A stretch of DNA of 63,615 nucleotides from a virus (Duplodnaviria; Caudoviricetes). The stretch's first letter is position 1, and every line of letters starts with the position of its first letter. The stretch is taken from IMG/VR virus record IMGVR_UViG_3300027699_000001, positions 1-63,615 of that record. One strand, 5' to 3'. Below the pieces are notes generated by a model, which was not told where the DNA came from, made no database searches, and saw nothing but the letters and a program-made list of their open reading frames with translations. Shown here piece by piece: positions 10,318-21,700 of this stretch. A program made the translations under genes and the position numbers.

Positions 10318-10661
10318 ATGTTTAATAAACCTTCAGATGTCCTTTTTTCTTTTAATTCATTAAACTTAATTAAGTATTCATTTACATTTGTAAAATAAAC
10401 ATTTAAAATTTTATCCAAAAATTCTTCTAAATCGTCTATTTCTATTGGAGTATTATTATCATCTACGAAAATAGCCGAAGTTTGATTTTTTTGTAATAAA
10501 GTATTACAAAAATTAATTAATTCTTTATTAACTACAAATTTACCGCCTCTTTCATAATATACAGAATTTTCTAAAAACTTTTCATATATTAACTTACGTT
10601 GATTATTCACCGTAACCATAAAATTAGAAAAATCTAGAGCTTTTTCAAGTCTTTCGTCCAT
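10314..10661 (-). CDS. Small conserved phage protein, possibly tail-fibre assembly chaperone
   Basis: 115 aa with GGAGG RBS, directly downstream of the fibre genes. Function inferred from position only. Confidence 0.45.
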   Translation of the reverse strand: MDERLEKALDFSNFMVTVNNQRKLIYEKFLENSVYYERGGKFVVNKELINFCNTLLQKNQTSAIFVDDNNTPIEIDDLEEFLDKILNVYFTNVNEYLIKFNELKEKRTSEGLLNI

Positions 10662-10718
10662 ATAAGCCTCCTATCTAAAGCTATACATTGTATAGTATAT
10701 ACTTAAGACAGAGAAATG

Positions 10719-11762
10719 TCAACCTATATTTTGAAGATTTACATATGTAGGCGTAGCAACTGTAACTCCATCTACTACTGATGCTCGTACTTGAGTCATT
10801 GTAAGACCCAAATCTCCTGTAACTCTGTCATCTACATTACTACCGTCTGTATCAGCATCATTCCATTCAAATCTAAAAACAACAGAATTAGTTGAGAGTA
10901 ATTTAGCTTTTATTGTAAAATTATTTTCTGCGTAATTTGGAGCTGATCCTGATTTTGAAAAAATGTCTTGATAAGATGTAGTTAACTCATGAAACCCTAT
11001 AGCTGATGCAACTGTATGCGGCCCTGTAGCAGTAGTAGTTGTACTATGCACTTTAAAAGAAATAATTCCAGAATTTGTTATAATTGCATCCCAATCTACA
11101 TCTTTTTGATTGGTGGATTCATTTGTTAATGCAGAAGACATATTTATAACACCTCCTGTATTAAAAAAGTGACGTCGATGATCTTGGGTAGTTGCTGCAA
11201 TATCGATTCCATCGTCAGTTTTACATATATATCCGCCGGCAAAAACTAATTGAAATTCTGCACTTAATCCTGCAGCAGGCCAATCAGAAGTATATGACGC
11301 ACCTGTATCAGCCGATTGTACTTTTGTTTCTAGAACTGTTTGTGTAGCATGTACTGTTAAATGATCTACTTCAATTGCAGGAATAAGCGGTGGAATATCA
11401 TTTACACCTTTTGTAGCATCTGGATTAACAACTGTAAATGTATCTGGTGTTCCTGGTGTACGCTGAACAGTGTCTCCTGATCCTGTATTTGACTCATCTG
11501 CTCCTATAATATTTCCGGATACTATCTGATTAATTCCAATGGATGTATTAAATTGATGCCCATATACCATATTAAGATCTGTAAATAATCCACCCCATTG
11601 ACCTGCGGTTATATCATCTACGCCGGCCGGTGCTACCATTCCAGTATTAGCCATAGCTTGACCATAACCTTTATCACCTGATCCTATGCCTAGAATAAGA
11701 TTTATACGAGTAACAGCGTCATTATGTTCAGTAATTTCAACATTATCACCTGGTGAAACCAT
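10719..11762 (-). CDS. Virion structural protein (fibre/baseplate-associated), paralog of 11830-12732
   Basis: G/T/S-rich. Shares GxGxxGYGQ, RRHFFNTGG, KDxDW and FxKSGS..NYxEN with its neighbour. Confidence 0.65.
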   Translation of the reverse strand: MVSPGDNVEITEHNDAVTRINLILGIGSGDKGYGQAMANTGMVAPAGVDDITAGQWGGLFTDLNMVYGHQFNTSIGINQIVSGNIIGADESNTGSGDTVQRTPGTPDTFTVVNPDATKGVNDIPPLIPAIEVDHLTVHATQTVLETKVQSADTGASYTSDWPAAGLSAEFQLVFAGGYICKTDDGIDIAATTQDHRRHFFNTGGVINMSSALTNESTNQKDVDWDAIITNSGIISFKVHSTTTTATGPHTVASAIGFHELTTSYQDIFSKSGSAPNYAENNFTIKAKLLSTNSVVFRFEWNDADTDGSNVDDRVTGDLGLTMTQVRASVVDGVTVATPTYVNLQNIG

Positions 11763-11791
11763 TATATCTCCTTGCGAATAAAGTACTCATA

Positions 11792-11798
11792 TATTTAT
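11792..11798 (-). promoter_or_regulatory. T4-type late promoter (ATAAATA)
   Basis: TATTTAT on + strand, ~30 nt upstream of the 11762 start. Confidence 0.6.
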
Positions 11799-11829
11799 TC
11801 AAACAATGAAATATATTAATTTTATTGAA

Positions 11830-12732
11830 TTATAATTCTACTGTATTAGAATATGTTGGACTAGGAACTGAAACATAAATTCCGGACGCACGGCGTTGGG
11901 TAATAGTACTAGTAAGAGTTCCTGTAACATTTTCGTCAGGAGTACCACCTGAATCATCTTGGAATCTTATATCAAATTCTATAATTCTACTATCAACTTC
12001 TTTTGCTGTAATTCGAAACAAATTTTCATCATAATTATAAGCAGATCCTGATTTTTGAAATACTGTTTGGTGTGTACTTGTTAATTCAAAATTTCCTATA
12101 GCACTAGGTGTTCCATTACCAGAACTTGTAGTTGCATGTATTGCAAAAGATACTATCCCTATACCTGACAATAATCCTGCCCAATCTGCATCTTTAGACC
12201 CTGCACCATTAGATAATTGTCCTTGAAATCTAACCTCTCCACCTGTATTAAAAAAATGTCTACGAGCATTATCAGTAAAAAATGTTACTTGAAAAGTATG
12301 TATAACAGTACCATTCCAGTCTTGTGTTCTAGTACTAGAAGTTGCTGCTTCAACAGATGCTTGAGTATCATCGCATAAAAGTTTATCAGATTCTACAGAA
12401 TCTACTATACTAATAAAATCATTATAGCCTTTTAAACTATTTGTTCCACCGCCAGATAATACCACATCATCTGCACCAATTCTATCTGTAATTTCAACAG
12501 TTGCTATATTAGTTAAACTACCTGATTGATGTGCTCTACATTTATCTATATCAGTTTTAAGATTTACCATTTTTTCAGCAGTTATTACTGAATTAGCTGA
12601 AACAACATTACTTGATAAAACTTGACCATACCCTGTATCTGTAGATCCTACTCCTAAAACAGTTTCAACACGGCTTTGTAATCCATTATATGTTGCAGCC
12701 GTGATAACATCTTGAACACTTACAGTAGGCAT
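11830..12732 (-). CDS. Virion structural protein, paralog of 10719-11762
   Basis: Same shared motifs as its paralog; late promoter upstream. Confidence 0.65.
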   Translation of the reverse strand: MPTVSVQDVITAATYNGLQSRVETVLGVGSTDTGYGQVLSSNVVSANSVITAEKMVNLKTDIDKCRAHQSGSLTNIATVEITDRIGADDVVLSGGGTNSLKGYNDFISIVDSVESDKLLCDDTQASVEAATSSTRTQDWNGTVIHTFQVTFFTDNARRHFFNTGGEVRFQGQLSNGAGSKDADWAGLLSGIGIVSFAIHATTSSGNGTPSAIGNFELTSTHQTVFQKSGSAYNYDENLFRITAKEVDSRIIEFDIRFQDDSGGTPDENVTGTLTSTITQRRASGIYVSVPSPTYSNTVEL

Positions 12733-12757
12733 GGTGCAATCCTATTATAATTTTGAA

Positions 12758-12765
12758 TATTTATA
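12758..12765 (-). promoter_or_regulatory. T4-type late promoter (TATAAATA)
   Basis: Exact reverse complement TATTTATA, overlapping the stop codon of the upstream gene. Confidence 0.7.
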
Positions 12766-14275
12766 CTTTGAGTATGCATTCAACTAGTTTCTCTCTTTCT
12801 TCATTATTTGTTTCTAAAGAAATACCAACCATTCCACTAGTTACGTTAGTTGAACAAACTCCATCATTATAAACATACACTGATTGACCTTTATCAACAG
12901 GTCCTGTAACACGAACTGGTAAGCGTCCTGTTAATCCTATTGCTTGACCTTCACTGTCTCCGTTCATAAGATAAGCAGGTGATTCAGAAATTACACCTAT
13001 ACACATATCTTCAGAAGATGCTGCTGTAGTTTCCCCTTCACCACCAACTGCCATTGCAGTTCCTGGTGGATAAAGTGTATCAGTAGTATATTTTTCTGCC
13101 AAGTCAGCATATTGTGCTTGTGTTGCTATACCTACAAAATACGCTGCTTTTAGTGAACCAACTGGTATTGTTTGAGAATTTATTACTTCTTCTACAGACG
13201 TTCTTACTGCAACAGTTCCTGAACTTGATGTTTCACTTCCTGTTCTATTAGTTCCACTTACAACTAGTGCTGTAGCTTTTTCTGCTAATCCTGTAAAATT
13301 GTCTGCATAAACATTATTAAATTTATGATCAGTACTACCTAATGTTACAACTTCTGTAGTAATTTCATCACTCTGTAACCCTGGAATTACAGAATTTGAA
13401 TACATTCTTAACGGATTTTTTACAACTCCTAAGCTATTCTTTGCTTTAAATGAAATGAGTGTTCCTACTTCATTAGCAAATACAGCTTCATTTCCGTTTT
13501 CAATTAAAATTCTTAAATCATTAGAATCACCTATAGCAATACCTATATCTGCAAATTCTGCTAAACTAGTAAATTCTGCATTTCCAGTTTGAAGGAAGTT
13601 CGAAGCTTCTACTCCTCCTAATTTCAATGCATTTGAAGATGTACCCCAATAAATATGATCAGTTGATGTAACACCTCCTGTAGCATTAAGAGTGTTTATT
13701 AAAGTAAAACCTTTCTTGATTCTATCAAAACCTGGAATAGTATTAGCTGGATCTGTTAAATCTATTGTAAACTCTAATGAACTTAAAATTATAACTACTT
13801 CATCATTTACAATACCTTTAATAATTGCACGAGTAGCTCCAGTGTCATCTTTTACTGTACTACTTGTCCATTGTGTTAAAGAATCACCTGCGTCTTGGGG
13901 TCCGACGAGGATGAAATCTGTTCCATTAAATGCATACAATTGTTCATTTGCTGTATCCCACCAAAAATCACCTTCTGTTAATCCTGATGGAACTGTAGCA
14001 CTTACTTCTGCACCACCTGTAGTACGAAATTTTGTACCATCATAAAATTTTAATTTTCTTACGGAACTATCAAACCATATCTGTCCTGAAAGTGCTTTGG
14101 GTGGAGGAGTTGCTCCCGAAAAGTTTTCTAACAAAAATACAAAATTTTCATTTTGTATCTCCCCATACCCAGCATAGTTTTTACCAACTAATTTTATATC
14201 AGTTGTTTGGTCAATAGTTCCATCTTCAACAACTGTTAGCTGGGTATTATTATATCTGTCAATTGTGTATGCCAT
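12761..14275 (-). CDS. Tail fibre protein with C-terminal intramolecular-chaperone-like domain
   Basis: Shared N-terminal module (LVGKNYAGYGE..NENFVFLLENF..GQIWFD). C-terminal QYADLAEKY...GVIS..PAYLMN...GRLPVRV is typical of auto-cleaved fibre chaperone domains. Confidence 0.7.
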   Translation of the reverse strand: MAYTIDRYNNTQLTVVEDGTIDQTTDIKLVGKNYAGYGEIQNENFVFLLENFSGATPPPKALSGQIWFDSSVRKLKFYDGTKFRTTGGAEVSATVPSGLTEGDFWWDTANEQLYAFNGTDFILVGPQDAGDSLTQWTSSTVKDDTGATRAIIKGIVNDEVVIILSSLEFTIDLTDPANTIPGFDRIKKGFTLINTLNATGGVTSTDHIYWGTSSNALKLGGVEASNFLQTGNAEFTSLAEFADIGIAIGDSNDLRILIENGNEAVFANEVGTLISFKAKNSLGVVKNPLRMYSNSVIPGLQSDEITTEVVTLGSTDHKFNNVYADNFTGLAEKATALVVSGTNRTGSETSSSGTVAVRTSVEEVINSQTIPVGSLKAAYFVGIATQAQYADLAEKYTTDTLYPPGTAMAVGGEGETTAASSEDMCIGVISESPAYLMNGDSEGQAIGLTGRLPVRVTGPVDKGQSVYVYNDGVCSTNVTSGMVGISLETNNEEREKLVECILKV

Positions 14276-14312
14276 TTTATTTTTAACCCCTAATATGCTA
14301 CATATTTAATAG

Positions 14313-14319
14313 TATTTAT
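14313..14319 (-). promoter_or_regulatory. T4-type late promoter (ATAAATA); second TAAATA at 14303-14308
   Basis: TATTTAT in the intergenic gap upstream of the 14275 start. Confidence 0.55.
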
Positions 14320-14324
14320 CAGCA

Positions 14325-16091
14325 TCATGGATAATTACTCGTGTTCGCATGCGTCCAAGAAGACCCATCGCTGGTAAAAGTCATAGTATATCTAGCAGGG
14401 CCCGAAGGATGCCAACAATGTATAATAGCTGTTGCCCCATTTTTTGTACTAGAAGGATAAACAACGTTTAAAACACCTTGAACATCAACTGTTGGACCTA
14501 CATTCGTTCCTGGGACAAAGGGATTATTAAATCCTGTTATATCTAAACTTAAACCTATATTATCTGCATCTATTTGTGCATCTACATAATTCTTTGTTGC
14601 TACATCTTGAGCAGAAGTTGGATCTGTAACTCCTGCAATTTTCTTACTATTAACAGTAATAGTACCTTGACTTACTATTTGAAGTGGACTAGCAGTTGTA
14701 GTAATTGTACTTCCGTCTATAGTTACATCATCTACTGCAAGAGCCGTTAATGTTCCTACTTGTGTTAACCCAGTTGCTGAGGTAACAGTTGAAGAAAGAG
14801 TAGTTTGACTTAAAAGAAGTGCTCCATCTATTTTATATTCAGGTGTTGGATTTAAAGCATGTGTTATTAAGTTAAAATCTTGGTTTGATGTCCAACTATC
14901 TGTTGCATCTATCCAAAATAGTTCTTTGTCGCCGCCACTTGATCTAATTGTTAATCCTGCTCCATCGACAGCGGCATCATTACTTATAGTACTATCATCT
15001 AATATACCTAATTCTATATTTTTATCTTCAACTCGCAAAGTTGATACATTCAAATATGTAGTATCACCTTGCACTAATAAATTTCCGGTAACTGTTAAAT
15101 CACCAGTAAATTTACCAGCTCCTGCAACATCTAATTTTACAGTAGGTGCATTATTAAATACTCCAACTCTTTCATTAGTTGCATCTACATATAAACCTGA
15201 AACAAATGTGTTACCAACACGTACTTTTAAATTAATATCAGTATTTTGTTGCTGAGTTTCTAATTCTACTTCTTGAGTGCTAGGATTTGTTTTTAAAAGT
15301 CCATATTCATTATCACCAATTCCTATTGCTAAACCATTGGTATTTTTAATAGATAATTTACCTGAAGTTGATGTAGCTTGATCTGTTCGCATAAAATTAG
15401 CATCTGTAAATTCGTTTCCACTATCATCTACTAATCCTTTTGAAAAAGTAGCTGTTCCATTATATATAAAAGCAGAAGTAACTGGATTAAATCCTTGTTT
15501 AAAAAGTTGTCTTTTTGGAGTTTGTGTATCAAGAGGATCTTCTGGATATCCCGGAACACCATTAACTACATCTGCATAGTATTGACTATCTGCAAACACT
15601 CCTACAAGTGTGCCACCTATATATAATTTTAAAGCTGTTTTTGTAACATTAACTGTAGTAATAACTGATTGTACTTCAAATCCAGTTTTTTGCTGTCCTG
15701 CTTTAAACTCTGGGCCTACTAAAACTAAATCTGTTCCATCATGAAAATATAATTGATTATTATCATTATCTATCCAAAGATCGCCTGCAACTAAACCGGT
15801 TGGTTGCTGACTGCTAACAATAGGACCGCCTGCTGCTTTAAACGTTGTTCCATTATATAATTTTAAACGTTGCTCACTTGTATCCCACCATAACTGTCCT
15901 GTTATAGGAATTCCTGGAGCGGCAGAACCCGAAAAGTTTTCTAATAATTTAATAAAATTTTCATTTAAAAATTCACCAAAACCCTTATAATTACGTCCAA
16001 CTAGCGTTAAATTAGTTGTTGTAGTATCTATTTGTCCATCAACTAAATCAATTAGTAGATCACCATTAGTTTTATTCAGTCTATAACTCAT
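14325..16091 (-). CDS. Tail fibre protein (paralogous N-terminus)
   Basis: LVGRNYKGFGEFLNENFIKLLENF module, GDLTVTGNLLVQG, and the DPTSAQDVATKNYVD trimeric-fibre neck motif. Confidence 0.75.
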   Translation of the reverse strand: MSYRLNKTNGDLLIDLVDGQIDTTTTNLTLVGRNYKGFGEFLNENFIKLLENFSGSAAPGIPITGQLWWDTSEQRLKLYNGTTFKAAGGPIVSSQQPTGLVAGDLWIDNDNNQLYFHDGTDLVLVGPEFKAGQQKTGFEVQSVITTVNVTKTALKLYIGGTLVGVFADSQYYADVVNGVPGYPEDPLDTQTPKRQLFKQGFNPVTSAFIYNGTATFSKGLVDDSGNEFTDANFMRTDQATSTSGKLSIKNTNGLAIGIGDNEYGLLKTNPSTQEVELETQQQNTDINLKVRVGNTFVSGLYVDATNERVGVFNNAPTVKLDVAGAGKFTGDLTVTGNLLVQGDTTYLNVSTLRVEDKNIELGILDDSTISNDAAVDGAGLTIRSSGGDKELFWIDATDSWTSNQDFNLITHALNPTPEYKIDGALLLSQTTLSSTVTSATGLTQVGTLTALAVDDVTIDGSTITTTASPLQIVSQGTITVNSKKIAGVTDPTSAQDVATKNYVDAQIDADNIGLSLDITGFNNPFVPGTNVGPTVDVQGVLNVVYPSSTKNGATAIIHCWHPSGPARYTMTFTSDGSSWTHANTSNYP

Positions 16092-18121
16092 GCAATGCTC
16101 CTGCCTGTATATATAATATAATTAATAATTAAATGTGGATTCATTACATCTAAACTTTGTCCTAATACACCCGACTCTACACCGCCACTATTGGGCAAAT
16201 ATTGTCCACCATTGGTTGCAGCTGGTCCATCTCCTAAGAAAGCTCCTGTATCACCTGGTGTAGACGTCACATTATTAATAGCATAAAACTGTGTAAGTGC
16301 GTCTCCTTTTAAATCATGAACGTGATCGGGTAAGTTTGAAACAGCAATTCCTACAGTTTCAGCACCATCTTGTGCTCCTAAAACATCTGCAGATTCATTT
16401 ACTATAACATCGGCACTTGTTCCGCCCATATCATCTTTACCTATAGGCATTCTACCTCTTAAATCAGGAACTTTAAAATATCCTGCTGTTACAGATGCTT
16501 CACTACCAAAATTATAAGCTATTGCAGCAAAAAGCTGTGCATATTCCGATATAAGATATTCAGTACCATCACAAAATAGCCAATCTTCTGGTGCAGCAAT
16601 TCCTCCATAAGGTAACATAACTCCTGCAGGATTAATAGGAACTGCATTAAATAAATTTGCTCTTGTTAATTTATGAAGACCAACAGTTCCTGAAGTTCTG
16701 TTTATAAGAATTTCATCATCTGCTTGTGAAGTAGTTGCTGAAGTTTTTCCTGCAATAATATCATTACTAATAGTTGCATTAAAAATTTTTGTAGCACCAC
16801 CTACTTGCCCGTCAAATACAAAATCGGGAGCTGTTACATCTCCTGTTAATTGAAATGTTGTTGCTGATGTTAATTTATCAGCAGAACCTGCTCTACCTGA
16901 AACAGTACCGCTTACATTTCCTACTAAATTACCTGTAAATGTTACAGAATGAATATTTTTCCATTTTACAGCACTTGTTCCTAAGCTATAAGTGTTATGT
17001 AATTCAGGCATTAAATCTCTTAATGTTGTTGTTCCTATAACATCAAGTGTTTGCCCTATGTTTACATTTTTTGCAACTCCTAAACCACCTTTGGTTATAA
17101 CACTACCTGTTCCTATAGTAGAACTATCAGTAGTATCATTAATATTAAGAGTACCACTTGCTTTTACATTACCTGTTACATCTAATGCTTCGTCTGGTGC
17201 TGTATTATTAACACCTAAACGTAAATTTGAATCTATTCTTAATACAGTTTGTAATAAACCAGCATTTTTAACACGAACGTCAATATTAGATCCTTCAATT
17301 TGGTGTTGAATAATACCTGCGGATCCTTCTACTCCAATACCTAATTCTGCATTAATACCATAATTTATACCTGTATTATTTTGAACATTTATTGGAAATA
17401 ATGTAGTACTAGTTATATCTCCTCTTAAAAAATTAGCAGCTAAAATTTCTTGACCTGATACTACTAAACTTTCTGCTTTTTCTGCTACACCTCTATATTT
17501 TAAAACACCGGCCCCTGTTATATCTTTACTACTTAAATTAATTCCAGGATAAATTACTGAAAATCCTGTTATAACTAATTTTGGTGTAAAAGTACTAGTT
17601 GAAATAATAGCAGCGGGTTGGGCAAGAACTTCTAATACAATACATGTATATGTAGTATTATCTGTACCTATAATAGATATTGCTCTTGGTCCAGTTGATA
17701 ATCCATCACTAAATTCAGGACCTACTAAAACCCAAGCTGCACCAGAATACAAATATAATTGCTGGTTATCTGTGTCTACCCATAAATCCCCTGTTTGAAT
17801 TGTTGCAGCTTCGCTACCCACTGGTTCACTAATTTGTTTATATATACCTGCAGCAGATACCCAATTTACTCCATTAAAAACCTTAAGTGATTCTAATGTA
17901 GCAGTAGTATCATACCATAATTGTCCTTCTACAGCTCTTGCAGGTTCAGTAGTATGTGCAAAATTCTCTAATAAATGTAAAAAGTTTTCTGCAATAGCAG
18001 AACCATACGCTGTTGTATTTCTTCCTGGAATAGAAAGAGTAGTTTCTTGATTTAAAGTTAGATCTTCTACAGTAATTGAACCTTTATTTGGTTCATCTGT
18101 ATATGGAATAGTATACGCCAT
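16088..18121 (-). CDS. Short tail fibre-like protein with phage tail collar domain
   Basis: Same N-terminal module; C-terminal PAGVMLPYGG..APEDWLFCDG...LFAAI...FKVPDLRGR collar, HVH metal-type motif, NYIIY end. Confidence 0.85.
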   Translation of the reverse strand: MAYTIPYTDEPNKGSITVEDLTLNQETTLSIPGRNTTAYGSAIAENFLHLLENFAHTTEPARAVEGQLWYDTTATLESLKVFNGVNWVSAAGIYKQISEPVGSEAATIQTGDLWVDTDNQQLYLYSGAAWVLVGPEFSDGLSTGPRAISIIGTDNTTYTCIVLEVLAQPAAIISTSTFTPKLVITGFSVIYPGINLSSKDITGAGVLKYRGVAEKAESLVVSGQEILAANFLRGDITSTTLFPINVQNNTGINYGINAELGIGVEGSAGIIQHQIEGSNIDVRVKNAGLLQTVLRIDSNLRLGVNNTAPDEALDVTGNVKASGTLNINDTTDSSTIGTGSVITKGGLGVAKNVNIGQTLDVIGTTTLRDLMPELHNTYSLGTSAVKWKNIHSVTFTGNLVGNVSGTVSGRAGSADKLTSATTFQLTGDVTAPDFVFDGQVGGATKIFNATISNDIIAGKTSATTSQADDEILINRTSGTVGLHKLTRANLFNAVPINPAGVMLPYGGIAAPEDWLFCDGTEYLISEYAQLFAAIAYNFGSEASVTAGYFKVPDLRGRMPIGKDDMGGTSADVIVNESADVLGAQDGAETVGIAVSNLPDHVHDLKGDALTQFYAINNVTSTPGDTGAFLGDGPAATNGGQYLPNSGGVESGVLGQSLDVMNPHLIINYIIYTGRSIA

Positions 18122-18125
18122 CTAG

Positions 18126-18740
18126 TTATTCCTCATTGAATCCAGTTAGACTTTGTACCCTTACTGTATAATCAATTTGTACTAGTCTATTAAGTGACTT
18201 TTGTACAGGATGAAAAATAACATGGGTTAACAATCTCCCTGTTCCACTTGTATCATATGCTTTTAAACCTAATTCGTCGAAAACATACAAACTAGCATTA
18301 TCTGTAGCAGTATCAAATGCATCTTGTCCACTAGGTTCTCCGTAATCTAACAAACATGTTACAAGGACATCTGTATAATTTGTACCACTTACATGTCTTG
18401 TTTCTATTTTATTTCTAACAGGATCTAGATTATTAACACTTCTATCATCTACTACTTTTGTAAAAGTTTGATTATATAAACTAGCATTAACTCCTGTAGA
18501 ATTTGGAGTTAGATACGTAATTATTCCGGTAGGATCTACACTAGTTCCTCCGTTTCCAAAGCTCATTTCATGAATCCAGCCTTCTCCGCCATTTCCTATA
18601 CTTTCTGCAAGACTTAAACTCATGTTTTCGTAATGAATTGCATTACGTTTGTCTACAAATATGTAATTGGAAACTGGGTCATAAATTTTTATATAACCTT
18701 GCAGTAAAATTCCGTTCATTTCTTTAAAGTTGTCTCTCAT
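18126..18740 (-). CDS. Baseplate/fibre-attachment structural protein
   Basis: FDELGL...LLTHVIFHPVQKS...IDYTVR pattern; lies between the giant baseplate gene and the fibres. ATG 18740 (AGGA RBS) preferred over TTG 18755. Confidence 0.6.
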   Translation of the reverse strand: MRDNFKEMNGILLQGYIKIYDPVSNYIFVDKRNAIHYENMSLSLAESIGNGGEGWIHEMSFGNGGTSVDPTGIITYLTPNSTGVNASLYNQTFTKVVDDRSVNNLDPVRNKIETRHVSGTNYTDVLVTCLLDYGEPSGQDAFDTATDNASLYVFDELGLKAYDTSGTGRLLTHVIFHPVQKSLNRLVQIDYTVRVQSLTGFNEE

Positions 18741-18757
18741 TTTATTTCCTGTCAATG

Positions 18758-18764
18758 TATTTAT
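18758..18764 (-). promoter_or_regulatory. T4-type late promoter (ATAAATA)
   Basis: TATTTAT overlapping the TAA stop of the giant gene. Confidence 0.55.
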
Positions 18765-21700
18765 CGAGGTAGGTCAACACTTGTAGCACGTAAGAATCTA
18801 CCTATATCATTATCTGCTTGACTCAACGGTGTTCCTTGTTCTGACCATATTTTCCCCTGTCGTCTAATTACTATAATTTTTTGATTTTCTGCTGGTACAT
18901 TTAGTAAAGTTAAAGCACTACTTTGTAACGTAAACTCTGCAGCAAGTGTTATATCTCCTTCTGGACTATCTTGTGCAGTTAAAGTTTCGAAATTATACGA
19001 CGATATTGCATTTTTTCGTAACCGTTTTCCAGCAACAAATACTTCAAATTCATTTATACTTTGTGGAACAAAATCTAGTTCAAAAATACTAGTAGTTCCG
19101 TCTCCTGTAAAAATAGTAGTTATAGTTTCATCTTTATAAGGTATAGATGAATTTGAACCTTGCTCATATACTTCTGTACCACTAGAATGTACTTCTTTAA
19201 CACCAGTTCCTAATGTTCCTCTACGTAACTGCTTTAATGCATTACCATCTCTTATAAAATATTCTATTCTCTCTCCATTTATCCAAATAACACCTGGGTA
19301 TGGACTTCCAGAAGCAGGCGCTGTTAAGTCATCGTCTGCTATTACTTCTATTGTTTTATCATACCAATTTAAATCTTTTAAAAGTAGGTAATTTTTAGTA
19401 CCATCAATTCTCTTATAATGGTTTCTATTAAGCATATCTTTAAATTGACGCCAACCATGTTTTGTTATAACAGTAGGATTACCAAAATGCAATGTTTCTA
19501 TTACATCATCTTCTTTTGGTTCTTCTAGTAACCTAACATAACGTCGATTCTCTGTTATTCTATAATCTACATTAGGCATAAGAAGATTACCATTTAAAAT
19601 TACCCAAACATATTTTGCATCTACAGCGGGCGTTCTTAATTCAATTAATCCTGCTCTAAGATTATTTAAGAAATAATAATCATCTGATCCTACCGTAAGT
19701 TCTGTTTTTTCTTCTATTTCAAATTTTTGTCTATCAAAGTTTTGATATGCATTATTACTAAATTGATAAACTTTAATTGTATCATTTATATCATAAGGAC
19801 TATCTAAATATAAAACTCCTGGAGTAGAAATAAACGATTGAGCAGAATCTGCATCTGTTTCATGATACCCAAATCTATATTCACCTTCGGAAATTATAAA
19901 CACTCCTAATGTATCTCCTACTTCCCCTATACTATCATCTAACACTATAGCACTACCTCGTTGTTGATCTACTGGAAATGCATCATCAAAACTATCCGCT
20001 CCTACAAATGTCCATTGATCAGGATAAGAAAGTTTTATTTTATTAAGGTAAACTTCAACATTATGATTCTGTAAAGTTCCTATTGGTGCTTGCCACAAAT
20101 CTAATTGATATTCTTTACTTGAAGTCATTGTAAAAGTTTGATTATATCCTGCATTAAGTATCTTATCTTTTACTTGAACAAGGGTATAAAATGCACTAGG
20201 TTCTTGACTAAAGGGGGTTTGACTTAACTCATAAGTCGTAGTACTACCATCTGATATAAATTCGTCAATTGTAACTTCACTAAACACTTCTTCATTCGCA
20301 GCAGTTCCTAAGAATAATGCATATCTAACAACATCGCCTTCTCTAAGTGGTTGTGCTAATACAAGTTCAACATTATTAGGATAACTGCCTTCACTTTTTA
20401 CAATAACACTATCTAATTTAACGCCATTACTACTTGCAATAAAATCTATATTTTCTGACCATCTCACATTAGTTTCAAAACTATTTGAACTTCCATCACT
20501 AACAAAACTATCAATATCTAATATTTGTAAACCGGAAGGTTCAACTAATGTTAAATTAATTCTCGCTCCATCTGCTGGAGGAATGTTAAAAATTACTGTA
20601 GAATTTTTATAATCTACAGTAAACTCTATTTCATGACTACTATCACTTGAAAGACTACTAGGAATAATATCAGAATTTATTTTTACAAGCAATGAAGAAT
20701 CTGTAAATGGTGTTTTACCTATTTCATACACAGTTGTTACACCATCTCCTACATGATTTTTATTAATAATTATACTACTACCTGTAGTAGGTCTTTCAAA
20801 AACTGTTATATCTACTGCATCTAATACTTGTCCCGGAATAACTTCTTCTGGGCCTTTTGAAGTAGTAGGTGTAATAAAACCATCACCGTCTACATTAATA
20901 TCTTCTGCATTTAACCCTGTCGCAGTAGTATATAAAAGATTGCCGCCGGATAATGCAGTATCAAAACTTTCTGGGTCGGAAATAAAACTTCCATCGCTAG
21001 TAGTTTTTCTTAAAACAATAATATCGTCAGCTTGCGTTGGAATTTCTAGTTCCTGTAATTCAAGTGTTTGGGTAGTTCCATCTCCTGTAATACTTCGCAT
21101 AATAGCATTTGGATTTTCTACTAATGTTGAATCTGGATCAATTGTCCAATTAGGATCATCTAATCTAATTCCATTTCGATATAAATTATATACTACACTA
21201 GCTTCTAACGGCTTACTAAGTTCTACACTTATTGTAGAACCGTCTAATACAAAAACTTCATCTTCGAATGTAGTATCATAAGTATCCCATGAATCTGTAT
21301 ACCAAGGATTAGAATCCCAACCTGATGTTCCTCCAAATTCAAAACTTTTAACTTCTACTCCTCCATAATCTATTCCATCCATTAACTGAGCTAAGTCTTT
21401 ACCAAATTGACCAGTAGTAGGATTATAAAATAAACTAATTCTATCTTGTGCTTGTAATAATTCTACAGGTTTTTTATAATTAATTTTAATTTCTTGACCA
21501 TTAATTGGAGGAATTACAAATTCTATTCTTCCATAATATCTATCATATCCTTTTGTAGTATCTAAAATGTTTTTATAAGTATATTCGCTTTGTAATGCTA
21601 ACGTATCATTAATTAAAACTTCAATAGTGTTTGTTCGCATATCCATTGGAAATATAAGATTAAAAACATATGTGCTACCTGTTCCTGCAAAGGTTTCAGT

